A stretch of DNA of 64,000 bases. Source: Eubacteriales bacterium (GTDB lineage Bacteria; Bacillota; Clostridia; Saccharofermentanales; UBA5734). Each line of letters starts with the position of its first letter. The first letter of the stretch is position 1. The translations under genes were made by a program, and so were the position numbers. Positions 63,025-64,000 of this stretch are shown piece after piece. A model generated the notes under the pieces. The model worked only from the letters and a program-made list of their open reading frames with translations, searched no databases and was not told where the DNA came from. The DNA lies in assembly GCA_028685755.1 (NCBI GenBank), contig JAQUDJ010000001.1, positions 20,472 to 84,471 on the forward strand. Reading direction: 5' to 3'.

Positions 63025-64000
63025 ATGATAGATTTAATAGATTTTTCCGATTCCAAGTCTATTCCATCACCGCTAACCCCTTCGAGTGGGTCGGGGTTGC
63101 CGACTGTGCTGATCATCGGGGCTGGGCCAGCAGGTTTAACAGCCGCCTATACCCTGCTCCAACGGCAGCTCGCGCGCCCCATCGTGCTTGACATGGGTCA
63201 AATAGCGGGGGGTCTCTCACGCACCGAACATTATCACGGGCAATCTATTGATCTGGGCGGACATCGCTTTTTCTCACGAAGCCAATCGGTCATGGCTATC
63301 TGGCAAGCGATACTACCGCTGCAAGGTCAACCTGCTTTTGATGATCGTCTGCTGATGCGCCAATCGGTCCTTGAACCAGGTGGCCCTGATCCTGAAGTGA
63401 CCGATCGGGTCATGCTTTCGCGAAATCGGGTCTCGCGAATCTATTTTCGCGGTCACTTTTTTGATTACCCATTGGCACTCAACATTAAAACATTGCACCA
63501 ATTGGGCTGGGGTTTGTCAATTAAAATTGCCTTAGGCTATGGCCGCGCAGTACTCAAGCCCCGCCCTGAACAATCACTTGAAGATTTTTACATTAATCGG
63601 TTTGGCAAGCCCCTCTATCAGTTGTTTTTTGAAGATTATACGACCAAACTCTGGGGTCGGCACCCCCGAGATATCGCCCCCGATTGGGGCGCACAACGGG
63701 TCAAAGGGCTGTCCTTGATGCGTGCCGTATGGTCAGCTTTGCTCAAACCGTTGCGGCATTCCCAGTACGTGGAAACCTCTTTGATTGAGTCTTTTCACTA
63801 TCCTAAATTAGGACCAGGTCAGTTGTGGTCCGCGATGGCTAAGCAAATTGAAGGTCAGGGTGGTGATATTTTTTACAATGCCCAAGTTACGCAGATCGAG
63901 CAGCTAGCCAAGGGTTATTTGATAACGACCGTCAATTCGGCCGGAGAAAGCCAGCAATACTACGGCGAAGCGGTTTTTTCATCGATGGCCATCCGGGAAT
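63025..64000 (+). CDS. NAD(P)/FAD-dependent oxidoreductase (amine-oxidase/UDP-galactopyranose-mutase-like fold), 3' end outside the window
   Basis: The frame is open from the ATG at 63025 to the window end; it has no stop, so it is not in the ORF track. Dinucleotide-binding motif VLIIGAGPAGLTAAY. The start is ambiguous: no RBS at 63025, with alternatives TTG at 63097 and GTG at 63106. Confidence 0.75.
   Translation, partial: MIDLIDFSDSKSIPSPLTPSSGSGLPTVLIIGAGPAGLTAAYTLLQRQLARPIVLDMGQIAGGLSRTEHYHGQSIDLGGHRFFSRSQSVMAIWQAILPLQGQPAFDDRLLMRQSVLEPGGPDPEVTDRVMLSRNRVSRIYFRGHFFDYPLALNIKTLHQLGWGLSIKIALGYGRAVLKPRPEQSLEDFYINRFGKPLYQLFFEDYTTKLWGRHPRDIAPDWGAQRVKGLSLMRAVWSALLKPLRHSQYVETSLIESFHYPKLGPGQLWSAMAKQIEGQGGDIFYNAQVTQIEQLAKGYLITTVNSAGESQQYYGEAVFSSMAIRE

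Noticed and set aside
1-64000. A search by eye for rRNA, tRNA, CRISPR arrays, transposases, integrases, phage genes, toxin-antitoxin pairs or recognisable defence-system genes.
   Set aside because: None recognised. The AAA+/DUF4143 ATPase at the left edge and the ATPase remnant at 6890-7042 are the only families loosely associated with accessory regions, and on their own they do not define a defence or mobile element.

Overview
A 64 kb chromosomal segment, gene-dense on both strands, probably from a monoderm Bacillota (Firmicutes)-type organism. The evidence for that placement is a SigI/RsgI pair, LplABC-type sugar transporters, many lipobox lipoproteins with Ala/Thr-rich tethers, GGAGG-type ribosome-binding sites, and a tad locus with no secretin. 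All functional calls come from motifs read in the supplied translations; no database search was possible.

Contents, left to right:
- A 5'-truncated AAA+/DUF4143 ATPase.
- An AT-rich patch holding a 770-aa orphan lipoprotein and a tocopherol-cyclase-like gene.
- A DEAD-box helicase.
- A LacI-controlled sugar locus: ABC importer, Gfo/Idh/MocA oxidoreductase and a xylose-isomerase-like TIM-barrel enzyme.
- A second AT-rich patch: SHOCT protein, an unlisted Cys/His mini-ORF, and a GGDEF cyclase with a translationally coupled partner.
- A GH36 alpha-galactosidase with its LacI regulator and an LplBCA-type ABC importer.
- A MacAB-like exporter operon carrying an extra lipoprotein, divergent from a sigI-rsgI pair. 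The shared intergenic region holds a 16-nt motif once on each strand.
- A redox-flavoured cluster: DUF1847, DsbA/FrnE-like, YdcF and a polyferredoxin.
- Housekeeping-type genes: an ABC-F ATPase, a CBS-containing family II pyrophosphatase, mscL, a BMP-type nucleoside ABC importer, and others.
- A second GGDEF cyclase.
- A complete secretin-less Tad/Flp pilus locus. It includes a 53-codon flp pilin gene missing from the ORF track and three unusual genes at its 3' end.

No rRNA, tRNA, CRISPR array, transposase or integrase was recognised. The most interesting leads are the SigI/RsgI plus exporter module with its shared motif, the extra genes on the tad operon, and the two AT-rich accessory patches.
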